In this document: positions 17,655-27,293 of the stretch, piece by piece | Layout of the letters: each line of letters starts with the position of its first letter | Position numbering within the stretch: the stretch's first letter is position 1 | NCBI GenBank assembly: GCA_905198155.1 | Contig: CAJKBQ010000004.1 | Coordinates: 28,875 to 92,874, forward strand | Source of the DNA: an uncultured Eubacteriales bacterium | GTDB taxonomy: Bacteria; Bacillota; Clostridia; Oscillospirales; Acutalibacteraceae | Reading direction: 5' to 3' | DNA: 64,000 nt | Notes under the pieces: model-generated | The model's database searches: none | Seen by the model: the letters and a program-made list of their open reading frames with translations, nothing else | What the model was told of the DNA's origin: nothing | Translations under genes and position numbers: made by a program

Positions 17655-19271
17655 TTATTTACCGTTGAAACGGTCGTACGCTGACTGATACGCGCCGATC
17701 AGTTCGTCGGTGTGCAGCTTCGCAAAGCCGTCGATGTACTCTTTCCACACCGCATCATCGTTCGGGTTTTTGGTCCCGGTGATGAACGCGCTGTTCCACT
17801 CTTTGACGTACTCCTGGAAGTCGGTCAGATAAGTGTTGACCACATTCTGCTCTTCTTCGTTCAGCGATCCGTACACGAACGGATGCTTTTCTTTGTACGG
17901 ATGGAAGTTCTCGATGAAGCCCAGCTGACGCGCACGGTTGTTGGATTCTTCCGCAACCACCGCGTTTTTGAACACATCGTAGCGGCCGAGGTTGGAGAAG
18001 ATCACGCGGTTGTTCTGGAACGTGTTCGCAGCTTCCGTGTAGTCGCTCGGAATGATGTATTCATATGTGGTGTGGTCTTTATCCACCCATTTCCATGTGA
18101 CATTTTCCGGGCCATATGTACCGGCAACACCGTAGAGGCCTGTGCCCTCCGCCACTTCTTTGCTCGCGAAGAAGATGTCCAGCATCTGGCAGATCTCTTT
18201 CGCATACTTGGAATCCGCATTGACAACCGTGCGGGTTTTTTCGATCGGATTCGACGCTTCTACCACGCGCTCGTTGTCATATTCAGAGGTCAGCGGTGCC
18301 AGCGTTTTCAGATTATCCCAGCTGCCGCCCACAACATCAACGCTGATGTTCGCGAACTGATCCATGCCAAACACCGCTTTGCGCGCTTCGATCAGGGATT
18401 TCCGGGTGGAACTGTCCAGCGTCAGGTACTCTTTGTGGAGCAGACCTTCGGCATACAGGCGGTTCATGTACTGCATGGTCAGGCGGTACTGGTCGCTCAA
18501 ACGACCGTTGGACACTTTGCCGTTTTCGTCCGCCGCAAAGTCCGGCTGCGTCAGTTTGCCAAAGGACGGGAAGATGAATACGTCGCACGGGTTCGCCCAG
18601 CTGTACGCCAGCATGGTGTCCGCCATCGGCGCTTCGCCGGTTTTCGCCTGGATCGCTTTCAGCACATTGTAGAACTCTTCGGTCGTGGTCGGGGTTTCCA
18701 GGCCGTACTCTTTCAGCACGTCCGCATTGTAGTGCATCCGGACAACGGTGTTCGTCGGGCCGTCGTCGATCCTGATTAGGCCATACACGCCGCCGTCGGT
18801 CGCCTGCGCAATACGTTTGCCGCCGTAGTTGTCGTAATCTTTGTACGTCTGCTGCAAGTTCGGCATCACGTCGGCATAGTCTTCAAAGTTGACCAGTTTT
18901 TTGCCGACAACGCCCCACTCTTCGATCAGGTCATCGCCGAATCCGCCATGGAACAGATCCGGCCAGTTGCCGGCCGCGATGAACACGGGCTTCTGCTCAT
19001 CCGAAACGATTTTCCAGTTCACAGTGATACCAGTCAGTTCCGCGAGTTTGTCCCAGGTGATACGCTTGGTATCGTCAGAGGAACCAAACACGACGCCTTC
19101 CACCGTCACCGGGCTGGAAACGAGCGGATATTTGCTGTCCGTCGTGTCCGATTTGGACTCCGTCGTGTCGGACGGGGTGGGCGCAGTCGAGCTGGCCGGG
19201 GTCTTCGCGCAAGCCGCGAGGCTGATGCACAGGCAGAGTGCCAGTGCGAACGCGAGCAGTTTTTTGTACAT
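17655..19271 (-). CDS. ABC transporter substrate-binding lipoprotein (copy 2, paralog of 13592-15223).
   Basis: Lipobox MYKKLLAFALALCLCISLAAC. Highly similar to copy 1 throughout. Confidence 0.85.
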   Translation of the reverse strand: MYKKLLAFALALCLCISLAACAKTPASSTAPTPSDTTESKSDTTDSKYPLVSSPVTVEGVVFGSSDDTKRITWDKLAELTGITVNWKIVSDEQKPVFIAAGNWPDLFHGGFGDDLIEEWGVVGKKLVNFEDYADVMPNLQQTYKDYDNYGGKRIAQATDGGVYGLIRIDDGPTNTVVRMHYNADVLKEYGLETPTTTEEFYNVLKAIQAKTGEAPMADTMLAYSWANPCDVFIFPSFGKLTQPDFAADENGKVSNGRLSDQYRLTMQYMNRLYAEGLLHKEYLTLDSSTRKSLIEARKAVFGMDQFANISVDVVGGSWDNLKTLAPLTSEYDNERVVEASNPIEKTRTVVNADSKYAKEICQMLDIFFASKEVAEGTGLYGVAGTYGPENVTWKWVDKDHTTYEYIIPSDYTEAANTFQNNRVIFSNLGRYDVFKNAVVAEESNNRARQLGFIENFHPYKEKHPFVYGSLNEEEQNVVNTYLTDFQEYVKEWNSAFITGTKNPNDDAVWKEYIDGFAKLHTDELIGAYQSAYDRFNGK

Positions 19272-19356
19272 AGTTGACTTCCTCCTAAGAAATAAGTTTT
19301 TTCTATTCACAACGCAGCCGCCTGCAGTCGTCCGCGCAGGAACCAAAGTAAATGGT

Positions 19357-20265
19357 TTAGCCTTTGACCGACCCGATCATGACGCCCTTGACAAAGTATT
19401 TCTGCAAGAACGGATACAGAATCAGCACCGGCAGCGACGATACCACGATCACCGCGAATTTAATCTGCTGCGCAATTTTGTACATTTCGGCGGCGTATTC
19501 GTCGTCGAACGAGCCGTCCATCATGTTGGCGTTGGTAATCGCCTCCACCAGGATCGACCGCAGCACCAGCTGGAGCGGGCGTTTGGACTCGTCGTAAATA
19601 TACATCATCGCGTTGAAGTAGCTGTTCCAATGCCCAACGGCGAAGTACAGCACCATCACGCCCAGCAGCGCCTGCGAAATCGGCAGCACAATCTGGATGA
19701 AATACCGCATCGGGGAGCAGCCGTCGATGGCCGCCGCTTCGCCCATTTCCGCCGGGATCGAAGCAAAAAACGTCCGGCAGATGATGCAGTTGTAGCAGCT
19801 GAATGCCCCAAGGATCAGCAGCACCGCGCGGGTGTTGTACAGTCCCAGGTTTTTAATCAACAGGAACGTCGGGATCATGCCGCCGCCGAAATACATCGTG
19901 AACATGAAGATGGCCATGAAAAGATTTTTCCCCGGCACCTTCCGCTGCGCCAGTGCGAATCCGCACGGCACCGTCACAGCCATGTCGATCATCGTACCGA
20001 CCACGGTGTAAAAAAACGTGTTGGCGTAGCCGGTCATGATGCTGTCGTCCTGGAACACCCGGCGGTATCCGGCCATCGTGATCTGCTTCGGCAGCAGGAT
20101 CACTTCGCCGCTGTACACCGCGTCCGGCGAACTGATGGACGCCGATACGATGTAAACCAGCGGATACACCACGATAATCAGGGCGAGAAACAGCAGTACG
20201 TAAATAAACGTCAGGAACGCGTGATCTCCGCCGGAAATGCGGATTTTGTTTTTGGTATGCGCCAT
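19357..20265 (-). CDS. Carbohydrate ABC transporter permease (LplC-like, copy 2).
   Basis: Near-identical to 15308-16216. Start at MAHTKNKIRISGG, with a GAGGTG RBS. Confidence 0.85.
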   Translation of the reverse strand: MAHTKNKIRISGGDHAFLTFIYVLLFLALIIVVYPLVYIVSASISSPDAVYSGEVILLPKQITMAGYRRVFQDDSIMTGYANTFFYTVVGTMIDMAVTVPCGFALAQRKVPGKNLFMAIFMFTMYFGGGMIPTFLLIKNLGLYNTRAVLLILGAFSCYNCIICRTFFASIPAEMGEAAAIDGCSPMRYFIQIVLPISQALLGVMVLYFAVGHWNSYFNAMMYIYDESKRPLQLVLRSILVEAITNANMMDGSFDDEYAAEMYKIAQQIKFAVIVVSSLPVLILYPFLQKYFVKGVMIGSVKG

Positions 20266-20281
20266 TTTTGTCCGCACCTCC

Positions 20282-21232
20282 TCAGAACAGGCTGGTTTCC
20301 GTTGCTTTGCGCGAAAATGCGTTCGCGAGCAGCAGCAGCGCCACGTTGATGATATTGTTGAACAGTCCGACGGCCGAAGAAAAGCTGTAACTGGTGTTCA
20401 AAATACCGCGTTTGTATACATAGGTCGAAATCACTTCGGAAACTTCCTGGTTCAAGCTGTTTTGCAGCAGGTACACTTTTTCGTACCCTACGTTGACCAG
20501 CGACCCGATGCGCATAATCAGCAGGATCATGATCGTCGGCAAAATGGACGGCAGATTGATGTGAATCATCCGCTGCAGCCGGCTTGCACCGTCGATGGTG
20601 GCGGCTTCGTGCAGCTCGGGGCTGACGCCAGCCAGCGCCGCGATGTAAATCACCGCGCCCCATCCGGTCTCCTGCCAAGCGCCCGACCACACATAGATGT
20701 GGCGGAACATGCTCGGCTGCGCCAAAAAGTAAATCCGTTCGCCGCCCAGCGCTTCGATGAGGTGATTCACGATGCCGATCGACGGCGAGAACATCACGTT
20801 GATCATACCGACCAGCACCACGGTCGAGATGAAGTGCGGCGCGTACAGGATCGTTTGCGATGCCTTGCGCAGCTTCGACGTCACCTCATTCAGCAGCAGC
20901 GCCAGAATAATCGGGAGCGGGAAGCTGACGATCATCGAATAGAGCGAGATAATCAGCGTGTTTTTCATCAGCCGCCAAAAGTAGTAGCCTTTGAAGAACG
21001 AGATGAAGTGCGTCAACCCCACCCATGGACTCCCGGAGATGCCGAACACGCCTTTGTAGTCTTTGAACGCAATCTGCAAACCGTACATCGGCTGGTAGCA
21101 GAAGATCAGTACATAGATCAGCGCGGGGAGCATCAGCAGGTAATAGGTTTTCGCTTGCTTGATGTCGTTCCACAATCGTCTGCCGCGGGAAGCCCGCGCC
21201 GGTAAAGTGGATGCAGCGGTTGGATTCTGCAT
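20282..21232 (-). CDS. Carbohydrate ABC transporter permease (LplB-like, copy 2).
   Basis: Start at MQNPTAASTLP.... Paralog of 16232-17182. Confidence 0.8.
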   Translation of the reverse strand: MQNPTAASTLPARASRGRRLWNDIKQAKTYYLLMLPALIYVLIFCYQPMYGLQIAFKDYKGVFGISGSPWVGLTHFISFFKGYYFWRLMKNTLIISLYSMIVSFPLPIILALLLNEVTSKLRKASQTILYAPHFISTVVLVGMINVMFSPSIGIVNHLIEALGGERIYFLAQPSMFRHIYVWSGAWQETGWGAVIYIAALAGVSPELHEAATIDGASRLQRMIHINLPSILPTIMILLIMRIGSLVNVGYEKVYLLQNSLNQEVSEVISTYVYKRGILNTSYSFSSAVGLFNNIINVALLLLANAFSRKATETSLF

Positions 21233-21316
21233 TTTCAATTCCTCCTGAGAATTTTGTACCGCGTCCTCGCCGCATTGGCATTTGAATTTCGGAAAAGGAC
21301 TTCGGTTGATGGCACA

Positions 21317-21362
21317 ATTATACCCCCTCCCCGCGAAAAACGCAAGAGTAAAGTTTTGCAAG
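21317..21362 (-). promoter_or_regulatory. Promoter TTGCGT-17-TATAAT with the same upstream CTTGCAAAACTTTACTCTTGC motif (operon copy 2).
   Basis: Duplicate of the copy-1 promoter architecture. Confidence 0.55.
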
Positions 21363-21506
21363 CGGCATTTTCAAAATTTTGAATACGGATTGCCCAAAAA
21401 GACGCCGATATTTTTGTGCAACATAGTGAATTGACATAAATTGGACGGTTCTGCATGAACCAAAACAGTAATTTTTTGCGCCCTTTGAAACCCCTTTTTT
21501 ACCCAG

Positions 21507-21570
21507 TGCAAAACTTTACTATTTTTTTCGCAAAAAAAGATTTGCATTTGACGCCCGGATGTGGTATGAT
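21507..21570 (+). promoter_or_regulatory. araC-type regulator promoter (TTGCAT-16/17-TATGAT), preceded by a third copy of the TGCAAAACTTTACT motif.
   Basis: Motif at 21507-21520. Hexamers at 21543-21548 and 21565-21570. Confidence 0.45.
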
Positions 21571-21653
21571 AAATTTAGGGTATCCGGCGCAAGATTCGCA
21601 CTTTTTTCAATGCGACCGGCACCGTCTTTTCAGAACAAGAGGGGGACGCTTTT

Positions 21654-23636
21654 GTGAGCGAAATCAATAGTGAGCAGCAAGAATTTTTTCAGCCGAACGT
21701 ACCGCAGTCCGGACCCAGGGTAGTCGTTTTCTTCCGTTCGCTGATCGCCAAAATCCGCGCGCGCATCCAGGAACGGCACTATCTGTTCCGGCTGATCGTC
21801 GCCGTGATCGCGCTGGCGCTGATGCCATACATTATATCACTGGTGTCCATGCTGCGCTACTCCTACCGCGAGATGGAAATCAACAACGAACAAATATATA
21901 GCGAAGCCGTGGACAACTTTGCGGAGCTGTTTTCGGACCAAGTGAACGAATATCTTGTTCATGCCGCCCAGATTTCGTCGGACAGCCGGAACCCGGCGCG
22001 CGCAGCAAACACCCTGCAAATGGAAACCATCCTGCCGTACCCTTCCACTTATCCCAAAGTAATCCGCACCATTAACCAATATAATCCGTCCGCGTACGAC
22101 TACGCCATTTATTTCCCGAACCACGACGCGCTATTCACCACCCAAAGCAAATACACGGCTTTGTCCTATATGCACGCAATGTCGCTCGAAAACACTGCAT
22201 TTTCGAGCTTTTTAATCCCGAATGCGGAAAACGCCTCCGGGATCCGATTTTGCGCGATTTATGACGAAAATGACGCCGGAAAGCTCTATATTGGCATTCC
22301 TACCACCATTGGCAACCTGCGCGAACCGGCGCTGATCTTTTATGCGCTGGACGCGATGAACACGTCGCGCATCTCATCCAGTGCCGCACTGGCGCAGTGG
22401 TCCGTGCTGGATTCGGACGGCACGCTGATTTATTGCACCGGAAAACGGCTGATTCCGGCTGCCGAATTGAACGAAATCCTGACCAGTTCTCCGGAAAAAA
22501 AGCAGTTTACCACCAAATCGCACTATATTTTTCGGAAAAATGACGCCATTCTTCCGTACACGTTCGTCGAAATTGTCCCGCTGGACGCCGCTACCGTTGG
22601 ATTGCTGAATTTTTATGCTGCCGCATGGAAATTTTTGATTGTCAACGTCGTGATGTTCGTTTTGCTGCTGATTTTGCTGCTGTATATTTCGTACCGACCG
22701 GTCAAGATATTCCTGGAGAAAATTGTGCAGGGCATCCATCCGTTCGGCGAATTCGAGACCATTCGCTCCATGTTTGAGAAAATGAACCGCGAACTGTCAG
22801 AGCGCGACAACATGGTGCTGGATTTCCTGCTGAACAACCTGCTGTACGGCCTGCCCGTCCCCGAAAAAGAGGCCGAGCGGTTCGGCATTCCGACCGAGAA
22901 GGGATATTTTCGGGTATTTGTGCTGAGCGGCGCGCAGCTGGATTCGACGCAGCGCACAGAAATCACCAAAATGCTGCGCGATGCGCGCGGGATTACAGCG
23001 TTTATCACCGACATTCTGGGCGAACCGTACACCGTGTTGATTTGTCTTTCGGAGCAGCCGGAAGTATCGCATTCGCTCACGCGCCCCATCAACGAGTGGC
23101 TGCACGCGCACTTTGCGGACTACGAGCTGCGCACCGGCGAAGTGATGGATTCGATCAACCGGATTCGCGATTCGTATCTGTCGTGCTTCCCGCAGCCCGA
23201 GCCGGAAACGGTGGACGCAGCGGAATCGATTTTTCCCGCCGATGCAGCCGATCCCGACGCGCCGTACGGAATCGAAGCGCCGCCCACGGAGCAGATGCAG
23301 CGGGTACTCCAACTGAAAGCGGAAGTAGAGGCTTATATCCGAACCAATTTCCGCGATCCCATGATCAGTCAAACCGCTGTCGCCGACCATTTCAAAATTT
23401 CCGTTTACTCGCTCAGCCGCTTGTTCAAAAAACACATCGGCATCGGCTTCACCGAATTCATCACCGGTATCCGGCTGGAAGAGGCGCAGGCGCTGCTGCT
23501 GAAAACCGATATGACCATCGGCGAAATTTCCACCGCCGTTGGGATGCCGAATTCCAACTATTTTTCCCGCCTGTTCAAGGCAACTTATTTGGTTACGCCC
23601 GCGCAGTTCCGAAAAAAGAATATCGTAACCAAATAA
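21654..23636 (+). CDS. Membrane-anchored AraC-family transcriptional regulator. It has two TM segments flanking a ~240-aa extracytoplasmic domain, a cytoplasmic linker and an AraC HTH.
   Basis: GTG start with an RBS (AGAGGGGGA). TM helices at ~aa 40-62 and ~aa 305-335. The C-terminal tandem HTH (...SLSRLFKKHIGIGFTEF...NSNYFSRLFK...) is AraC-type. No HisKA or HATPase motifs. Confidence 0.75.
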   Translation: MSEINSEQQEFFQPNVPQSGPRVVVFFRSLIAKIRARIQERHYLFRLIVAVIALALMPYIISLVSMLRYSYREMEINNEQIYSEAVDNFAELFSDQVNEYLVHAAQISSDSRNPARAANTLQMETILPYPSTYPKVIRTINQYNPSAYDYAIYFPNHDALFTTQSKYTALSYMHAMSLENTAFSSFLIPNAENASGIRFCAIYDENDAGKLYIGIPTTIGNLREPALIFYALDAMNTSRISSSAALAQWSVLDSDGTLIYCTGKRLIPAAELNEILTSSPEKKQFTTKSHYIFRKNDAILPYTFVEIVPLDAATVGLLNFYAAAWKFLIVNVVMFVLLLILLLYISYRPVKIFLEKIVQGIHPFGEFETIRSMFEKMNRELSERDNMVLDFLLNNLLYGLPVPEKEAERFGIPTEKGYFRVFVLSGAQLDSTQRTEITKMLRDARGITAFITDILGEPYTVLICLSEQPEVSHSLTRPINEWLHAHFADYELRTGEVMDSINRIRDSYLSCFPQPEPETVDAAESIFPADAADPDAPYGIEAPPTEQMQRVLQLKAEVEAYIRTNFRDPMISQTAVADHFKISVYSLSRLFKKHIGIGFTEFITGIRLEEAQALLLKTDMTIGEISTAVGMPNSNYFSRLFKATYLVTPAQFRKKNIVTK

Positions 23637-23682
23637 AAGCATCGGACGCCCGAACTTCCCGGACGTCCGATGCTTTTTATGT
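23637..23682. terminator. Bidirectional terminator between the convergent araC and SDR genes.
   Basis: Hairpin AAGCATCGGACG...CGTCCGATGCTT flanked by A and T runs. Confidence 0.6.
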
Positions 23683-23695
23683 TGCCGAATACCGG

Positions 23696-24421
23696 TCAGA
23701 TGCTGCGGCGGCAGCCGTCAACCTGATAGACCTGGCCGGAGATGTACGACGCCTCCGGACTGGCCAAAAATGCAATCAACGCCGCGCATTCCTCCGGCGA
23801 TCCGCTGCGCTTCGCGTACGATAGCGAAACGCCTGCGCCGTCCGCGTTCCCGATGGTGCCGGGCGCGACGGCGTTGACGGTGATCTGGTTGTCGGCCACT
23901 TCTTTGGCCAGCGCGTGCGTGAAACTATGCACAGCGCCTTTGGTCATCGAATAATCGGCCATATTGCGGTTGCCGTATACGGCTGCGACCGAACCCAGGT
24001 TCACGATCCGGCCGTAGTGGTGCGCGATCATATGCGGCAGCACGGCGTGCGTGAAATACAGCACGCCGTAAATATTGATGTCGATTTTCCGCTTCCAGTT
24101 TTCGGGCGTCGTCTCCAAAAACGGTTTATAAGTTGACCGAAAATCGCCGGCATTGTTCACGAGGATATCGATCCGGCCCAGCTGAATCGATACATCTTCT
24201 ACGACAGCACGAACGCGCGCTTCGTCGCGGACGTCGCACACATAGGACCATACCTGGCCCGGAAATTCCGCCGAAAGCTGTGCGGCCGCTTCGGCCAATT
24301 TCGATTCGTCGTAATCCACCAGTGCCACCCGGCAGCCCAGTTCCGCCAGTTTTCGCGCCGTTGCGCGCCCGATTCCCATCGCTGCGCCGGTAACGATCGC
24401 AGCCTGATCCTGCATATTCAT
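23696..24421 (-). CDS. SDR family oxidoreductase.
   Basis: TGAAMGIGRA Rossmann motif and an NNAG motif. RBS AAAGGTGGAA. Confidence 0.8.
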   Translation of the reverse strand: MNMQDQAAIVTGAAMGIGRATARKLAELGCRVALVDYDESKLAEAAAQLSAEFPGQVWSYVCDVRDEARVRAVVEDVSIQLGRIDILVNNAGDFRSTYKPFLETTPENWKRKIDINIYGVLYFTHAVLPHMIAHHYGRIVNLGSVAAVYGNRNMADYSMTKGAVHSFTHALAKEVADNQITVNAVAPGTIGNADGAGVSLSYAKRSGSPEECAALIAFLASPEASYISGQVYQVDGCRRSI

Positions 24422-24531
24422 TGAAAATTCCACCTTTCTGGTTTTTCTCTATTGTATCACGAACGAAAGTGTGATACAATGATTTCATCCATTTGGATTT
24501 ATCTGAATCGTTCCAACGAAAGGGGCACACC

Positions 24532-25269
24532 ATGAATCTGCAATCCATCCGCATCCTAGATTTTGCGTCGGCGGTCGCGGTGCGCAACGAAGCGCACCGT
24601 GCGATTGAAATAAACCGCCGGCCGACCGCTGCGCTGATTTTTCCGATGAACGGCCGCCTGCGCTTCACACAGGACGGCAATTCCGTCATTGCATCGCAAA
24701 CGCAGCCGGTTTTGATTCCGGAAGGCGCATCGTATCGCAACGAATGTTTGGAAACCGCTGACAGCCGGATGTTTAATCTGCACATTGCCAGTGCAGGCGA
24801 CCGTATTTGTGCACTCGCCGCACCGCTGGTCGCGGTGGTGAGCGACGCATTCCAGTCGATCTGCGCCGCCGCCGCGGCAGCGCTGCCGGAAGCGCCCGCG
24901 CTGATTTTGGCGGATCTGTATGGGCTGATCGGCGCGATCATCCGCGCCGAACGTGTCCAAACGCCGCAGGAGGCGCTGTTTGCCCGCGCCGCCGCGGAGA
25001 TGGAGCACCATCTGGGCGATCCGTCCCTGACGCTCCAACGCATCGCCGCGGCGCTCCCGGTCAGCAGTTCGTACCTGTACAAACTGTTCCAACGGTACAG
25101 CGGCCAGTCCCCACAGCAATTTCTTCGCCGTCTACGGATGACGCAGGCGCAGGCGTTGCTGTCGGAGCGCTCCGTCACCGAGACGGCGTTGGCCGTCGGA
25201 TACAGCGACATTTATGCGTTTTCGCGCGCATATAAACAATGCTTCGGCGTCTCCCCCAGTCAACGGTAG
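24532..25269 (+). CDS. AraC family transcriptional regulator (cupin-like N-terminus plus AraC HTH).
   Basis: C-terminus ...SYLYKLFQRYSGQSPQQFLRRLRM...AFSRAYKQCFG. RBS GAAAGGGG. Confidence 0.75.
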   Translation: MNLQSIRILDFASAVAVRNEAHRAIEINRRPTAALIFPMNGRLRFTQDGNSVIASQTQPVLIPEGASYRNECLETADSRMFNLHIASAGDRICALAAPLVAVVSDAFQSICAAAAAALPEAPALILADLYGLIGAIIRAERVQTPQEALFARAAAEMEHHLGDPSLTLQRIAAALPVSSSYLYKLFQRYSGQSPQQFLRRLRMTQAQALLSERSVTETALAVGYSDIYAFSRAYKQCFGVSPSQR

Positions 25270-25302
25270 ACGCCGAAGCATTTTGCGGCTATTGAATTCA
25301 AT

Positions 25303-26526
25303 TCATTTTAATGTGGCACGGAACGCAATCACGCCGGGCGACGGCGATTCCGCCGAAATCTCGCCGCGGTGGCGCTGGACGATGGCCTGTGCGATGGACA
25401 ATCCGATGCCGAATCCGCCGTCCGACGACCGGGCCGGGTCGCCGCGGTAAAACCGGTCGAACAATGCATCCAGCGCCAAATTCTGCACCGATGCGCAGCT
25501 GTTTTCGACCACAATCACCGGGTGCCGGTGGGCGCGCAGCAACACACGAATTTCTCCACCGTCGTCACAATATTTGACGGCATTGTCCAGCAGGATCGAC
25601 ACCAGCCGCCGGATGGCGCCCTCGTCGCCGGTGTATGATACATCGCGCGCGATTTCCGTGTGAATCGGAATGGCGCGGCGGGCGGCCAGCGGCGCAAATT
25701 CGGACGCCGTATCGCTCACGGCTGCGCTTAAGTCAAACCGGGTGCGGACAGACACGGATTTTCCCTCGTCCATCCGCGTCAACGCGCCCAACTGGCCGAT
25801 CAGCGCCGCCATACGCTTGCCCTCGGTTCGGATATCGTCCAGCCATTCGTTCGCGCCCAGCTCTGCTTCGGCGATATCGACGTTCGTCAGGATCAGCGTC
25901 AGCGGTGTTTTGAGTTCGTGATTGGCGTTGGTGATAAATTGCTTCTGCTTTTCAATCGATTCGGCCGCCGGTTTGACGGCGCGCTTGGAAAACACGATAA
26001 TCAGCAGCAGGATCACCGCGGCGCTGCCCAGCAGCACCGCACCGGCAATCACCAGCGTCATGCGCGTCATCGCGCGGTTCATGCTGCCGTCCACAAACAC
26101 CACGGTCGTTCCGCCGTCCGTCATGCGAATGCGGTAGCGGAAATCGTCGATCCAGCCAACGGATCGGCGGCCCAGCGCAGCCTGCGCCAGCGTCTGCGCC
26201 TGCGATTCCGTGATCGACGCCATTGCATCGATGTGAACCGCCGCGACGGAACCGTCCGTCGCGAAATCCACGGTGAAAAACCGGGTACTGAATTTGGTTT
26301 CCGGCGTGATAAAATCCGGCGGTATGCGGTCTGCCGGCGGGCGGTGCGCGTCGTCAAACACCGGGGACTGACCGCCGTGCAGCGAAATCCGGTCAGTCAG
26401 TTCGTCCATTGCCTGATTCAGCTGGCGCGTGCTCAGTCCGAAAATCAGCCCAAAAATCGCGGCGAACACTGCAAGCAGCGATGCACCGGAAATCAGAATG
26501 AATTTTTTCTGCAATTGGTAAATCAT
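25303..26526 (-). CDS. Sensor histidine kinase.
   Basis: H-box ANHELKTPLT and an HATPase region. TM segments are present. The start overlaps the response-regulator stop (ATGA). Confidence 0.8.
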   Translation of the reverse strand: MIYQLQKKFILISGASLLAVFAAIFGLIFGLSTRQLNQAMDELTDRISLHGGQSPVFDDAHRPPADRIPPDFITPETKFSTRFFTVDFATDGSVAAVHIDAMASITESQAQTLAQAALGRRSVGWIDDFRYRIRMTDGGTTVVFVDGSMNRAMTRMTLVIAGAVLLGSAAVILLLIIVFSKRAVKPAAESIEKQKQFITNANHELKTPLTLILTNVDIAEAELGANEWLDDIRTEGKRMAALIGQLGALTRMDEGKSVSVRTRFDLSAAVSDTASEFAPLAARRAIPIHTEIARDVSYTGDEGAIRRLVSILLDNAVKYCDDGGEIRVLLRAHRHPVIVVENSCASVQNLALDALFDRFYRGDPARSSDGGFGIGLSIAQAIVQRHRGEISAESPSPGVIAFRATLK

Positions 26527-27197
26527 GCGCGCGCCTCCAACACATACCCCACGCCGCGCACAAACCGAATGGCGATGGGCGCGCCCAATCGATCGATTTT
26601 TTTGCGAATATTGGAAATGTGTACCCACACGACGCTGGTATCCACGCTGGCATCCCAGCCCCAGATGTGCGTCATGAACGATTCTGTCCCGATCACCTGT
26701 CCCGGCCGGGTCATCAGCAGTTCCAGCACCTGAAATTCTTTCCCGCTGAGCGCCTGAACTGCGCTGCCGTACGATAATTCGTACGTGGAACGGTTGAGCG
26801 TCATATCCCGGAACGTCAGTAAGTCCGGCGTATATTGGGATTTGCGCCGCAGCATGGCACGGACGCGCGCCAGCAGTTCCGCCGTGGAAAACGGCTTGGG
26901 CAGGTAGTCATCCGCTCCGGCGTCCAGCCCTTCGATGCGCTGTTCGATTTCAGTACGCGCCGTCAGAAAAAGCGTCGGCGTTTCGATTCCGGTCGCGCGC
27001 AGTCGGCGCAGTACCTCCACCCCGTCCAGTCCGGGCATCATGATATCCAGCACCAGGCCGTCGTACTCGTCCGACTGCGCCATGTCCAGCGCGTCGGTGC
27101 CGGTGGAAACACCGTCCACCGCGTATTTGTTCGCTTTGAAAATGTGCAGCAGCGATTTGAGCAAGCGCGGGTCGTCCTCCGCAATCAACAACCGCAT
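26523..27197 (-). CDS. OmpR-family response regulator.
   Basis: REC domain (MRLLIAEDDP...) plus a winged-helix C-terminus. Confidence 0.85.
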   Translation of the reverse strand: MRLLIAEDDPRLLKSLLHIFKANKYAVDGVSTGTDALDMAQSDEYDGLVLDIMMPGLDGVEVLRRLRATGIETPTLFLTARTEIEQRIEGLDAGADDYLPKPFSTAELLARVRAMLRRKSQYTPDLLTFRDMTLNRSTYELSYGSAVQALSGKEFQVLELLMTRPGQVIGTESFMTHIWGWDASVDTSVVWVHISNIRKKIDRLGAPIAIRFVRGVGYVLEARA

Positions 27198-27293
27198 GGG
27201 GATCGGCTCCTTTCGTGAAATGAAAGATTCTGAAAGATATCATCGCACGCCAGCCTAAATCGGCGCGAAAGAAACCGGAAAATCGCGAAAAAA

